A stretch of DNA of 64,000 bases from a phage: the sequence record PZ452583.1; one strand, written 5' to 3'. Numbering within the stretch: position 1 is the first letter of the stretch; every line of letters starts with the position of its first letter. Made by a program: the position numbers and the translations under genes. A model generated the notes under the pieces. That model did no database searches and was not told the origin of the DNA. It worked only from the letters and a program-made list of their open reading frames with translations. Shown here one piece after another: positions 41,448-51,374 of this stretch.

Positions 41448-43712
41448 TCATAATTTACAGGATGAACAATCTTCAGCTTTTGGAGTTTCTATTTCATAAT
41501 CATCAGTACCAGAACCATCGCGGGTATTATGATAATAGAAATTTTTTCCGCCAAAATACCAAAAATACAAAAGGTCATCAATCATTATTGACATTGGAAC
41601 CTTTCCTTTTGGAAAAATCTGCGGGTCATAATATGTATTCGCCGAAGCTGATTGACAAACCCATTTCAGCATAATAGCTACCTGCGTAAGATAAGGTTTA
41701 TTACCTTTCTTAGCTAATTTCCATGTATAATCATAGAGGTCTATGTTATGCTCAATATTGGGCACGACTTGATTAAAGGAGCCCTCTTTTGATTCTTTAA
41801 CAGAGACTGGTCCACGTGGAGGCTCGATACCGTTTGTACTGTTAGAAACTTGGGAAGATGACTCACATGGCATAAGTGCTGATAATGTGCTATTACGGAT
41901 GCCAAAGAGCTTAAGGTCTTCCCGCAGCGCCGACCAGTCACAAACGTATTTTGGAGCTGCGATTTGGTCAATCTTTTTATTGTACCAGTCGATAGGTAAT
42001 TCGCCTCGAGACCAACGAGTGTCTGAATAATATTCGCAAGGTCCTTTTTCTTTGGCGAGCTTAATGGATGCTTTAATGAGTCCATACTGTAATCTCTCAA
42101 ATAGTTCATGTGTTAAATCGTTAGCATCTTCATAAGAAGCAAAGTTACTTGCCAGCCAAGCTGCATAGTTGGTAACACCTACACCGAGGTTACGACGCTT
42201 TTTAGCTTTTTCTGCTTCAGGAACTGGATATCCTTGGTAATCCAATAGATTATCAAGAGCACGAACTTGAACTTCTGCCAATTCATTAATTTTATCTTGG
42301 TCTTGCCAGTCAAAATTATCTAGTACGAATGCAGAGAGAGTACACAATCCAATTTCAGCATCAGAACTATTCACATCATTTGTTGGAATAGCAATTTCAC
42401 AGCACAAGTTACTCTGACGAATAGGTGCCTTTTCACGAATAAACGGAGTGTAGTTATTCGTATTATCAATGAACTGCACATAAATCCTTGCTGTTCCTGA
42501 ACGTTCAGTCATGAGCAATTCAAATAGTTCACGGGCTTTAATACGCTTTTTACGAATATTAGGGTCTTTTTCTGCTGCTTCGTATAATTCACGGAAACGG
42601 TCTTGGTCTTTAAAATAAGAATAATAAAGCTCGCCACCCATTTCGTGTGGACTGAACAAAGTAATGTAATCGTTCTTTCCGAATCGTTCCATCATCAAAT
42701 CATTCAGCTGAACACCATAATCCATATGACGAATGCGGTTTTCTTCTACGCCTTTGTTATTTTTCAAAACGAGAAGATTTTCAACTTCCAAATGCCAAAT
42801 AGGATAATAAGCAGTAGCAGCGCCGCCACGAATTCCACCCTGTGAACATGATTTAACAGCAGTCTGAAAATGTTTCCAAAAAGGAATAACACCAGTATGG
42901 CGTACTTCACCCATGCCAATCTTAGAACCTTCGGCACGAATCATACCAACGTTAATACCAATTCCAGCACGTTTAGAGATATATTCAACAATTGAAGCGG
43001 AAGCCTTATTGATAGACTTCAATGAATCACCTGCCTCAATAACAACACATGAACTAAACTGCCGAGTTGGAGTACGGCAACCAGCCATAATAGGAGTTGG
43101 CAATGAAATTTGTCGAGTAGATACTGCTTCATAAAAACGGATAACATGTTTTAATCTATCAACAGGTTCATCTTGATGCAGTGCCATTCCAATAGTCATA
43201 AATGCAAACTGTGGAGTTTCATAAATTTGACCAGTGGTTTTATCTTTAACTAAATATTTTTCTTTTAATTGCATCGCCCCGGAATAAGTAAATTCCATAT
43301 CCCGCTCGTGCTTAATTTTTGATTCTAAAAATGTAATTTCTTCTGCTGAATATTTTGACAATAATTCAGAGTCATATTTACCTGCATTTACACAGTAAGA
43401 AATATGGTCAATAAATGAACGTGGTTCATACTGTCCATAAACATGCTTACGAAGAGCAAACATTAAACAGCGTGCAGCTACATATTGATAATCAGGCTCT
43501 TCAACCGAAATAGAATTCGCAGCGGCTTTAATGACAATAGTCTGAATATCATCAGTTGTCATTCCATCACGGAGATAAGATTTAATATTTTCATATAATT
43601 CATAAGGATCTACTGATGTTCCCTCAGCTGCCCAAGATAAAACTTTAATAATTTTTTGTGGGTCAAAGCTCTGAGAAACACCACTACTTTTGATAACATT
43701 AATTAATTGCAT
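41448..43712 (-). CDS. nrdA: ribonucleotide reductase alpha subunit
   Basis: 754-aa ORF, class Ia R1 with ATP-cone N-terminus and C-terminal CxxC tail. Confidence 0.95.
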   Translation of the reverse strand: MQLINVIKSSGVSQSFDPQKIIKVLSWAAEGTSVDPYELYENIKSYLRDGMTTDDIQTIVIKAAANSISVEEPDYQYVAARCLMFALRKHVYGQYEPRSFIDHISYCVNAGKYDSELLSKYSAEEITFLESKIKHERDMEFTYSGAMQLKEKYLVKDKTTGQIYETPQFAFMTIGMALHQDEPVDRLKHVIRFYEAVSTRQISLPTPIMAGCRTPTRQFSSCVVIEAGDSLKSINKASASIVEYISKRAGIGINVGMIRAEGSKIGMGEVRHTGVIPFWKHFQTAVKSCSQGGIRGGAATAYYPIWHLEVENLLVLKNNKGVEENRIRHMDYGVQLNDLMMERFGKNDYITLFSPHEMGGELYYSYFKDQDRFRELYEAAEKDPNIRKKRIKARELFELLMTERSGTARIYVQFIDNTNNYTPFIREKAPIRQSNLCCEIAIPTNDVNSSDAEIGLCTLSAFVLDNFDWQDQDKINELAEVQVRALDNLLDYQGYPVPEAEKAKKRRNLGVGVTNYAAWLASNFASYEDANDLTHELFERLQYGLIKASIKLAKEKGPCEYYSDTRWSRGELPIDWYNKKIDQIAAPKYVCDWSALREDLKLFGIRNSTLSALMPCESSSQVSNSTNGIEPPRGPVSVKESKEGSFNQVVPNIEHNIDLYDYTWKLAKKGNKPYLTQVAIMLKWVCQSASANTYYDPQIFPKGKVPMSIMIDDLLYFWYFGGKNFYYHNTRDGSGTDDYEIETPKAEDCSSCKL

Positions 43713-44029
43713 AAGTCCTCAACTTGAAAATCGTCTTTAAACAATCGGTTAACTATATGAGCTATTATATCACCATGACACGGCTTTGGTTTACATGTGC
43801 ATCCTAGTCTCATTCCACGTAAAGGCTCTAAATGTGCTTTAGTTATTTCTCCGGATTTAATTCGACGTATAAAATCTTTTTTGAATAATTCAATGGCAGC
43901 CTCCCGGCTGCCAGCATCTTTACCGACGTAATTTCCCCAAAATGTACCACGGTGAATATTAACATCAAAGTCGGATTTATATTTATTCACTACCCGGCAT
44001 AGACGGCCCGCGCGGTTGTAGATGTTCAT
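43703..44029 (-). CDS. hypothetical Cys/His-motif protein (nrdA.1 position)
   Basis: 108-aa ORF with [11 protein letters not shown] motif. Confidence 0.55.
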   Translation of the reverse strand: MNIYNRAGRLCRVVNKYKSDFDVNIHRGTFWGNYVGKDAGSREAAIELFKKDFIRRIKSGEITKAHLEPLRGMRLGCTCKPKPCHGDIIAHIVNRLFKDDFQVEDLCN

Positions 44030-44258
44030 ATTGTTCTTCCGTTAAAACAGTAATATCGTAGTAACAGTCAGAAGAAGTTTTAACTGTGGAAATTTTATTA
44101 TCAAAATACTCACGAGTCATTTTATGAGTATAGTATTTTTTACCATAAATGGTAATAGGCTGTTCTGGTCCTGGAACTTCTAACTCGCTTGGGTTAGGAA
44201 GTGTAAAAAGAACAACGCCAGAAGTATCTTTAAATCGTAAAATCATATATCCTCGCAA
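43983..44258 (-). CDS. hypothetical protein (nrdA.2 position)
   Basis: 91-aa ORF overlapping downstream ORF by 47 nt; start uncertain. Confidence 0.45.
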   Translation of the reverse strand: MRGYMILRFKDTSGVVLFTLPNPSELEVPGPEQPITIYGKKYYTHKMTREYFDNKISTVKTSSDCYYDITVLTEEQYEHLQPRGPSMPGSE

Positions 44259-44266
44259 TAATAAAA

Positions 44267-45127
44267 TTACACCGCCATTTTTCCTTTAATTGGCGGATGA
44301 GATACATAGTTGTTAAGAACAAAATTATGAGGCTTTGCAAATTGACTCAACCAAAATACCTGCGATTCTGTGTCCCATTCATCAAATTCATCTGGAAATT
44401 TTAATTGTAATTCGCATAAATCCATAGGTTCACGACGTAAAATTTCTTTACATTGTTCTACGTGATTCATATAGATATGAGTATTACCACCAGAAAATAT
44501 CAAATCTCCAGGAATAAGATTACACATTTTAGCTACAATATGAACTAACGTAGCATATGATGCAATATTAAATGGAAGACCGAGGAAAACATCTACCGAA
44601 CGTTGATACCACTGCAAATCTAAATAGCCATTACGCACATTAAACTGATAGAACATATGACAAGGCGGTAATGCCATATATTTAAGTTCAGCTGGATTCC
44701 ACGCAGAAACAATTTGACGCCTATCATTTGGCAGTTTTTTAATACGATCAATAACTTCTATAATTTGATCTACACCGCCAAAATCACGCCACTGTTTTCC
44801 ATAAATTGGACCAAGTTCACCGCTATGGTATCCTAAATCTTTTGCTTGATTTTCGTAATTTTCATCCCAGACTGTTTTGCCTTGAATTAATGAATCATGT
44901 TGAATTAATCGCAAATCATTGACATTTGTGCTTCCTGATAAAAACCATATTAGCTCAGCAATGCATGCATTCCAGGCGAGCTTCTTAGTTGTTACTGCAG
45001 GAAAACCTTTAGTTAAATCCCATCGTAATTTAGTACCGAACAAAGCAATTGTTCCTGTGCCTGTTCGATCATCGGTTTCATAGCCATTTTCAAAAATGTC
45101 TTTAATTAAATCTTGGTATTGTTTCAT
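44267..45127 (-). CDS. td: thymidylate synthase
   Basis: 286-aa uninterrupted ORF with active-site LPPCH; no intron. Confidence 0.95.
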   Translation of the reverse strand: MKQYQDLIKDIFENGYETDDRTGTGTIALFGTKLRWDLTKGFPAVTTKKLAWNACIAELIWFLSGSTNVNDLRLIQHDSLIQGKTVWDENYENQAKDLGYHSGELGPIYGKQWRDFGGVDQIIEVIDRIKKLPNDRRQIVSAWNPAELKYMALPPCHMFYQFNVRNGYLDLQWYQRSVDVFLGLPFNIASYATLVHIVAKMCNLIPGDLIFSGGNTHIYMNHVEQCKEILRREPMDLCELQLKFPDEFDEWDTESQVFWLSQFAKPHNFVLNNYVSHPPIKGKMAV

Positions 45128-45172
45128 TTAGTACCTTATATAAATTATAATACATTTTATGAAGCTGAATAA

Positions 45173-45520
45173 TCAATACGGTTTAGCATCAAATTTTCTC
45201 TCAATTTCAGGTGTGAAATATAATTCTTTACCGCGTTTGGAAAAGCGACCAATAATATGATAATTATTCTCATCAAACGTGATATTACCAATATCCATAG
45301 CTTTCAACCAAATATCGATATTTCTATCCAGCTTTATGTCAAAATTCCAATACGGAGAACTATTACCGAAAATACTACAAGCGGATTCAGTGAAACAGCT
45401 ACTATAAATCTTATCTTTAGGAACTACTAATTGATAGACACCTTTAATAAACTGAGGACCTTGCCATTTTGGCTGTTTCTCATCTTTTTCTAATAGAATA
45501 GGGTAATAATTAAAATTCAT
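45173..45520 (-). CDS. hypothetical protein inserted between frd and td
   Basis: 115-aa ORF with its own start and stop; no motif I recognise. Confidence 0.6.
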   Translation of the reverse strand: MNFNYYPILLEKDEKQPKWQGPQFIKGVYQLVVPKDKIYSSCFTESACSIFGNSSPYWNFDIKLDRNIDIWLKAMDIGNITFDENNYHIIGRFSKRGKELYFTPEIERKFDAKPY

Positions 45521-45539
45521 ATTTCCGCCGCGCGTTATT

Positions 45540-46362
<823 letters not shown>

Positions 46363-46378
<16 letters not shown>

Positions 46379-46722
46379 TGAAAGGGGCCAGAAGCAAATC
46401 CGCTATCTTTAATCATTTTAACTAAAGTTACCATTCCTCTGTTAACTGCTTGTGCAATTTCATCAAAAACTTCATCACTATCACCATAAAGATCGCTAAA
46501 AAGTTCTAACACGTTCTTCTGAACTTTTAATTTACAGCCAACAAATTCGCCTACAGTAAATTCGTTTCCACCAATTCCAGCGTAAAACGTAATTACACCA
46601 GTTAACTGTCTTTCACTAGAACATAGGTCGTGTGATAAATTAATATAAGCCGTCCCGGATGCAGTTTTAAGTTGGCAACGAATATTTACTCGAGCAATTC
46701 CAGCTACACGAATGTCAGACAT
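46363..46722 (-). CDS. hypothetical protein (frd.2 position)
   Basis: 119-aa ORF. Confidence 0.55.
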
Positions 46723-46732
46723 AATATTTTCC

Positions 46733-46975
46733 TCAAACAGACTTTTTCACAATTTTCCAATCAGCTTTAAACTGCTCGACGTCAGAATGGTAAATCCAGA
46801 ATCCTGCGCTTTCTCCATCCTCATAAAGAGGGCATCTATCACATTCATCTTCCCATCCCATATCACGCAAAAGATGTTCAGCTTTTTCAACAAGTTCAGA
46901 ATCTTTACCGATGATATTAAAATACCATTTACCTCTAACTTCCGAATCTTTGATGCTCTGACGTTGTAATCTCAT
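46733..46975 (-). CDS. hypothetical protein (frd.3 position)
   Basis: 80-aa ORF. Confidence 0.5.
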   Translation of the reverse strand: MRLQRQSIKDSEVRGKWYFNIIGKDSELVEKAEHLLRDMGWEDECDRCPLYEDGESAGFWIYHSDVEQFKADWKIVKKSV

Positions 46976-47033
46976 TTTATTCTCCTCAAGTTGATAAGGC
47001 TATAGTATCATTACCATAGCCTGATGTAAACAT

Positions 47034-47294
47034 TTATTTTTGAATTTTATCGAGCCACTTACCAAGCTTAATCATTTCTTTAGTAGCCTTTTCCATACTT
47101 CTGAACTTAACCAATAGAGGATAGGTATCGACACCCATAACTAAACTGGTTACAAGACTGTGTTCACCCACAAGCCATAATGAATACGTTTGAATATCGA
47201 GTCCGTAATTTCTGTCTTTATGGACCCGTACACCCATCACTTCAAATTTCTCACTAGCTTTTTCTACCGCATCCAGGAAATCATCTTTAGTCAT
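47034..47294 (-). CDS. hypothetical protein
   Basis: ORF track 47034-47336; ATG at 47294 with SD AAGG immediately after the upstream stop gives 86 aa. Confidence 0.45.
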   Translation of the reverse strand: MTKDDFLDAVEKASEKFEVMGVRVHKDRNYGLDIQTYSLWLVGEHSLVTSLVMGVDTYPLLVKFRSMEKATKEMIKLGKWLDKIQK

Positions 47295-47295
47295 A

Positions 47296-47682
47296 TTAGG
47301 CCTTAAAAGTTTTTCGCAAAAGTTCAATGATTTCATCTACATTGTTTTCATCAACAATGCAGTGAATTTTTGTTACGTCATAAACCTTGTCTTCGACTTT
47401 ATCTTCTTCAGAAGTTGGTTCTTTATATTCGCGGAAACAATAAAACTCTTCTTCACTAAGTTCAAAATAATCATCACCCATACCATCATCATTATAGATT
47501 TCACCGTTAGCACAAATGATTTCGGTTACATAATCAAAGCCATCTAAACTTAATATTGATTTAACTTCAAACCAACCACCATTTTCTTGAATGATGCCGA
47601 CCATATTAGCATTTGATGAACTAATATCAATGAAAGATTTAATACGGTGTGGATTTAACTCATATTTTTTGCCGATTTCCAT
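47296..47682 (-). CDS. hypothetical protein
   Basis: ORF track 47296-47697; second ATG at 47682 has SD GAGGAAAA (ATGAGGAAAATCAAAATG). Confidence 0.5.
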   Translation of the reverse strand: MEIGKKYELNPHRIKSFIDISSSNANMVGIIQENGGWFEVKSILSLDGFDYVTEIICANGEIYNDDGMGDDYFELSEEEFYCFREYKEPTSEEDKVEDKVYDVTKIHCIVDENNVDEIIELLRKTFKA

Positions 47683-47703
47683 TTTGATTTTCCTCATTTT
47701 AAT

Positions 47704-47721
47704 AGGGGCTTAATAGCCCCT
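47704..47721 (-). terminator. hairpin between small early ORFs
   Basis: AGGGGC-TTAATA-GCCCCT. Confidence 0.4.
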
Positions 47722-47727
47722 TGATAA

Positions 47728-47955
47728 TTATTGTTCAATCAGTCCCATGTAAAATTCTGCGTCTTCAGAATCCATGCCATCACAATATTCATTAGCCATA
47801 AAGCGGGTGAGGTCTTCAAGAGGACCTTCAACAACAATTTGAATACTCCAAAATTTAGAATCTTGCACACTTGTGATACTAAGTTCAGGATAACGATTAC
47901 GAATAATCTCTTCAATATATTCAAAATCAACAATGTCAATATCAACTTTAGCCAT
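47728..47955 (-). CDS. hypothetical acidic protein
   Basis: ORF track 47728-48018; ATG 47955 has SD AAAGAGGAAA and follows a predicted early promoter, giving about 75 aa. Confidence 0.5.
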   Translation of the reverse strand: MAKVDIDIVDFEYIEEIIRNRYPELSITSVQDSKFWSIQIVVEGPLEDLTRFMANEYCDGMDSEDAEFYMGLIEQ

Positions 47956-47998
47956 ATTATTTTCCTCTTTAATCATCAGCAGTATTGCCGATAGTTGT

Positions 47999-48027
47999 AT
48001 AGTACCATGGAAGGACAAGGATGTAAA
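47999..48027 (-). promoter_or_regulatory. candidate early promoter (TTTACA-17-TACTAT)
   Basis: lies just downstream of the gene 32 terminator and upstream of the 47955 start. Confidence 0.4.
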
Positions 48028-48039
48028 CCGTTTTGTGAA

Positions 48040-48078
48040 AAAAATTTTTGAAATAAAAAGGGGACCTCTAGGGTCCCC
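48040..48078 (-). terminator. rho-independent terminator of gene 32
   Basis: GGGGACC-TCTA-GGGTCCCC then minus-strand TTTTTATTTCAAAAATTTTTTT. Confidence 0.75.
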
Positions 48079-48100
48079 AATTAATTAGTAATATAATCTA

Positions 48101-49009
48101 TTAAAGGTCATTCAAAAGGTCATCCAGGTCCGTGTCATCAGCACTAGATGAACTACCAGAGCTTGAGCTCATAAAATCATCTTCAGTTTTTGTATTGAAG
48201 TCATCAACATTGAATGCATCCAAATCATCAGCAACTTTATCAGCTTTCTTAGCAGCAGTTGCAGCAGCACCGCCCATCACAGCAGTTCCCATAACTTGAC
48301 CGAATTTAGTGCTCAGTTCTTCAAACGATTTGAATTTATCTTTAGAAGTCATTTCAGAAAGGTCAACCATTTGTTCGAACAGTTCTTTCTGGAAAGATTC
48401 ATCGTCAATGTTTGGAATCGCAGATTGATTCAGGAATTTAGATTCATCGTAGTTACTAAATCCAGAAACTTGTTTAACTTTCAGTACAAAGTTAGCACCT
48501 TCCCACGGACAAGTTACATCAACCGGAGTTTCACCCATTTCAACATCAACTGCAATCATTGCGTTGATTTTATCCCAGATTTTCTTACCGAAACGGTATT
48601 TAAATACTTTACCTTCATTTTCTGGAGCAGCTGGGTCTTTTACTACAAGAATGTTAGCCCAGTAAGAAGTTTTACGTTTAACAAGACTGTACTCTTTATT
48701 GTCAGTGTTGTACAAATCATTTTTACTGATGTACTGACATACTGGACAAGAATCGTAATCACCGTGGGTAGATGAGCAATTTTCGATATACCATTTACCG
48801 TTTTTCTTGAAACCGTGATTTACAAGAATTGCGAATGGTGCTTGTTCATCATTTTTAGACGGAAGAAAACGAATTACTGCTTGACCGTTACCCGCATTGT
48901 CGAGTTTCAGTTTCCACTCGCCTTTATCTTCAGAAGAAAAACCACCTTTATTTCCAGCCAATTTAGCCATTTGTGCAGCGAGTTCAGCAGTAGATTTACG
49001 TTTAAACAT
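48101..49009 (-). CDS. 32: single-stranded DNA-binding protein gp32
   Basis: 302-aa ORF, unmistakable gp32 ([17 protein letters not shown]..., zinc site [14 protein letters not shown], acidic C-terminal tail). Confidence 0.96.
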   Translation of the reverse strand: MFKRKSTAELAAQMAKLAGNKGGFSSEDKGEWKLKLDNAGNGQAVIRFLPSKNDEQAPFAILVNHGFKKNGKWYIENCSSTHGDYDSCPVCQYISKNDLYNTDNKEYSLVKRKTSYWANILVVKDPAAPENEGKVFKYRFGKKIWDKINAMIAVDVEMGETPVDVTCPWEGANFVLKVKQVSGFSNYDESKFLNQSAIPNIDDESFQKELFEQMVDLSEMTSKDKFKSFEELSTKFGQVMGTAVMGGAAATAAKKADKVADDLDAFNVDDFNTKTEDDFMSSSSGSSSSADDTDLDDLLNDL

Positions 49010-49092
49010 TTTTATTTCCTTTTTAATTTAATTAACAGTTGGTGCTATGACGATGTATGACCTCATAGCTGGTCAGTGAGATAATTATAATC
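49010..49092 (-). promoter_or_regulatory. gene 32 leader / autogenous translational operator
   Basis: AU-rich unstructured tract GTTAATTAAATTAAAAAGGAAATAAAA immediately before the ATG, preceded by a GC-containing structured region. Confidence 0.6.
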
Positions 49093-49100
49093 TATTTATA
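49093..49100 (-). promoter_or_regulatory. late promoter upstream of gene 32
   Basis: TATAAATA on minus strand in the 32 leader. Confidence 0.55.
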
Positions 49101-49108
49101 ATAAGCAA

Positions 49109-49762
49109 TTAATACTTACAAGATTTCACAGTTTCAATAAAAACTTTTTTAGCTTCCTGTGAATCAATATTTAAAATTTTTCTATAAGCCTTTAATTTTA
49201 TAGAATAATTATTCCAGACTAAATTATCAGTCTGTTCATCATGTTTATCAATTATATTTAAAAACGAATCAAGCAAGATAAACGTCTCAAACGAAATTAT
49301 ATTTGATTGAAGTAGTTTAAAAATATAACTTGATTGAACTTTTGGATTATACTCAAAAATTTCTTTAAAAGCAGAAACTTCAACTTTTTTACTAAAATAA
49401 TAAATGTTGCGAATATCTTCTTCAAACTTAAATTTAATTTGCTTTAAGCGTCCGATATATTCACGATAAAACACAAGTGCATCAGCGTCAGAGATGTCAC
49501 CAATCCAAGCATCTTGGTTAGCAACCAAATTACTTATAAAGATTAAAGCAAGTTCCTTTAATTTATATTTTTCTGATAACTTCTGGAAAAAATACTTATC
49601 CCTTCGCTTTTGATAAGCGGCATCAGACACCCGCATGCACCAATTATACTTAATAACATCATACTTTCCATTCATATGTTGTTTTATCATTAAGTATAAT
49701 TTATAAACTGATTTACCATCAATATATCTTTCACCACCAGCAGGCATGCGGAGTTTAATCAT
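49109..49762 (-). CDS. 59: helicase loader gp59
   Basis: 217-aa ORF, T4 gp59 length, basic. Confidence 0.9.
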   Translation of the reverse strand: MIKLRMPAGGERYIDGKSVYKLYLMIKQHMNGKYDVIKYNWCMRVSDAAYQKRRDKYFFQKLSEKYKLKELALIFISNLVANQDAWIGDISDADALVFYREYIGRLKQIKFKFEEDIRNIYYFSKKVEVSAFKEIFEYNPKVQSSYIFKLLQSNIISFETFILLDSFLNIIDKHDEQTDNLVWNNYSIKLKAYRKILNIDSQEAKKVFIETVKSCKY

Positions 49763-50097
49763 AGTAGAAAATCTAATGTATTAGTTTTTTCACAACGAAC
49801 AACAGAAGGACGTAAAAGATTTTCGTCAATGGCTTCTGACTGAATTTTTTCAATTATACCCGAAGGAATAAATTTAGCAAATTGAGTTTCAGGAATAGAA
49901 TTTTCTTCCAAGAATGCTGTCGTAGCTTCAAGATAACTCATTCCAAACTCTTCTACCATTTTTTCAATAATAAATCCATTTTCTTGACGATCAAGAAGCT
50001 TTGCGATTTCATCTTTTTCCTTTTTAAGGGAAAGTTCTTTTTCTGAAAGCCCGGCCTCATCGACCGGGCGAATATCATTTAGAGAAAACTGTGTCAT
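49759..50097 (-). CDS. 33: late transcription co-activator gp33
   Basis: 112 aa from ATG 50097 (MTQFSLNDIRPV...); ORF track begins at a TTG. Confidence 0.85.
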   Translation of the reverse strand: MTQFSLNDIRPVDEAGLSEKELSLKKEKDEIAKLLDRQENGFIIEKMVEEFGMSYLEATTAFLEENSIPETQFAKFIPSGIIEKIQSEAIDENLLRPSVVRCEKTNTLDFLL

Positions 50098-50344
50098 AAA
50101 GTTCAACTACCTCTTCAGTTTCAGCTTCAAACACATCACGGTTATCTTTATGATACAAAGCTAATAGACGATTAAACATCTTACCATCAACGCCAAGTTC
50201 ATCTTTAGCACGAATTCGAATATCTTTAATCAGTTCATTATAACCGGAAATTTTCAGTTTATGATCAGATGCTTCTTTAATAAATTTAGCCAAGTCTTCG
50301 CCGTGGATAGCTTCATCAAATTCAACCATTTCTTTTTTAGCCAT
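50075..50344 (-). CDS. dsbA: dsDNA-binding protein DsbA
   Basis: 89-aa ORF in T4 dsbA position between rnh and 33. Confidence 0.8.
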   Translation of the reverse strand: MAKKEMVEFDEAIHGEDLAKFIKEASDHKLKISGYNELIKDIRIRAKDELGVDGKMFNRLLALYHKDNRDVFEAETEEVVELYDTVFSK

Positions 50345-50352
50345 TATTCACC

Positions 50353-51270
50353 TCAAAATTCATTAATGCTATTAGTTAATTTAGAAAGACCCGCTTTTAC
50401 AAAATATGAATAAATTTTGCCACGCGGTGGTAATTTATATGAATTATAGTAATTCACAATGTTTGAAGCAATATTATCAGGAATATAATCAAAATCAATT
50501 AGAACTAAATTTTCTTTATAACGATTATATTCAGATTCTGTGAGAAGCACCTTAGCTTGCTCACGGTCATTAGCAATAGCTTCAACGATTGAAGTTTTCA
50601 TTGAAGGAGTTCGTTCACCTTCAACTTTGGTAAACCAAAAGTCAGATCGTACTTTAACTGAAGCAACGTTATCCTTTTTGTCACCCTTAAGGATTTTAGT
50701 CATACAGTCAATTTCAGCAGAACCGCTTTTAATTTTAACCCATTTCTTATGCATCGGCGACCATTGCTTAACATTTGGATATTTGTGAAGTTGAGTAAAG
50801 TCACCATCCGATGAAATGATTAAAATCTTGTGTCCTTCTAAAGAGAACTTTTTAACAAGAACAGCAATGTGGTCATCTGCTTCATACTTATCAATATCCA
50901 TAACAATGTATGGCATATAAGCTTTCAATTCATCTATAACTTTATGGCTGGATTCAAAATAACCTTCCCAGTCCCAAGTAGATTCTTCTCGTGCTTTTCC
51001 ACGGTTTTTCTTATAATAATACGCGAAATCACGACGCCAGTATCCAGATTTCGCGTTATCAATACACAGTACAATTTTAGTGTATCCAAGAGTTTTTGCT
51101 TTTTTGACATTAAACTTAATTGAGTTCAATATCAAATGACGAACCATTGATAAATTAATTTTTTCTTTATCTGGGAAGTTTACTAAAGCAGTTGAAAGCG
51201 CAATTTGACTAAAGTCAATAAAGCAAATTCCTTCTTTATAATCTTCATCCAACATCATTTCTAAATCCAT
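50353..51270 (-). CDS. rnh: RNase H / 5'-3' exonuclease
   Basis: 305 aa from ATG 51270 (MDLEMMLDEDYKEG...) with SD GAGG; FEN-family acidic residues. Confidence 0.9.
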   Translation of the reverse strand: MDLEMMLDEDYKEGICFIDFSQIALSTALVNFPDKEKINLSMVRHLILNSIKFNVKKAKTLGYTKIVLCIDNAKSGYWRRDFAYYYKKNRGKAREESTWDWEGYFESSHKVIDELKAYMPYIVMDIDKYEADDHIAVLVKKFSLEGHKILIISSDGDFTQLHKYPNVKQWSPMHKKWVKIKSGSAEIDCMTKILKGDKKDNVASVKVRSDFWFTKVEGERTPSMKTSIVEAIANDREQAKVLLTESEYNRYKENLVLIDFDYIPDNIASNIVNYYNSYKLPPRGKIYSYFVKAGLSKLTNSINEF

Positions 51271-51332
51271 ATGAACCTCGTTCAATTAGTGAGATTTCTA
51301 TTATATACCATCCAAATCTTAAAGTAAACAAG

Positions 51333-51340
51333 TATAAATA
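51333..51340 (+). promoter_or_regulatory. late promoter for gene 34
   Basis: exact TATAAATA. Confidence 0.7.
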
Positions 51341-51374
51341 CTTATTATTGAAAACACAATAGGAGCCCGGGAGA

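Noticed and set aside
50049-50069. GC-rich inverted repeat GCCCGG...CCGGGC inside the gp33 coding region
   Set aside because: Lies within a well-supported coding frame with no adjacent U-run or promoter; most likely a coincidental codon arrangement, though an RNA structure cannot be excluded.
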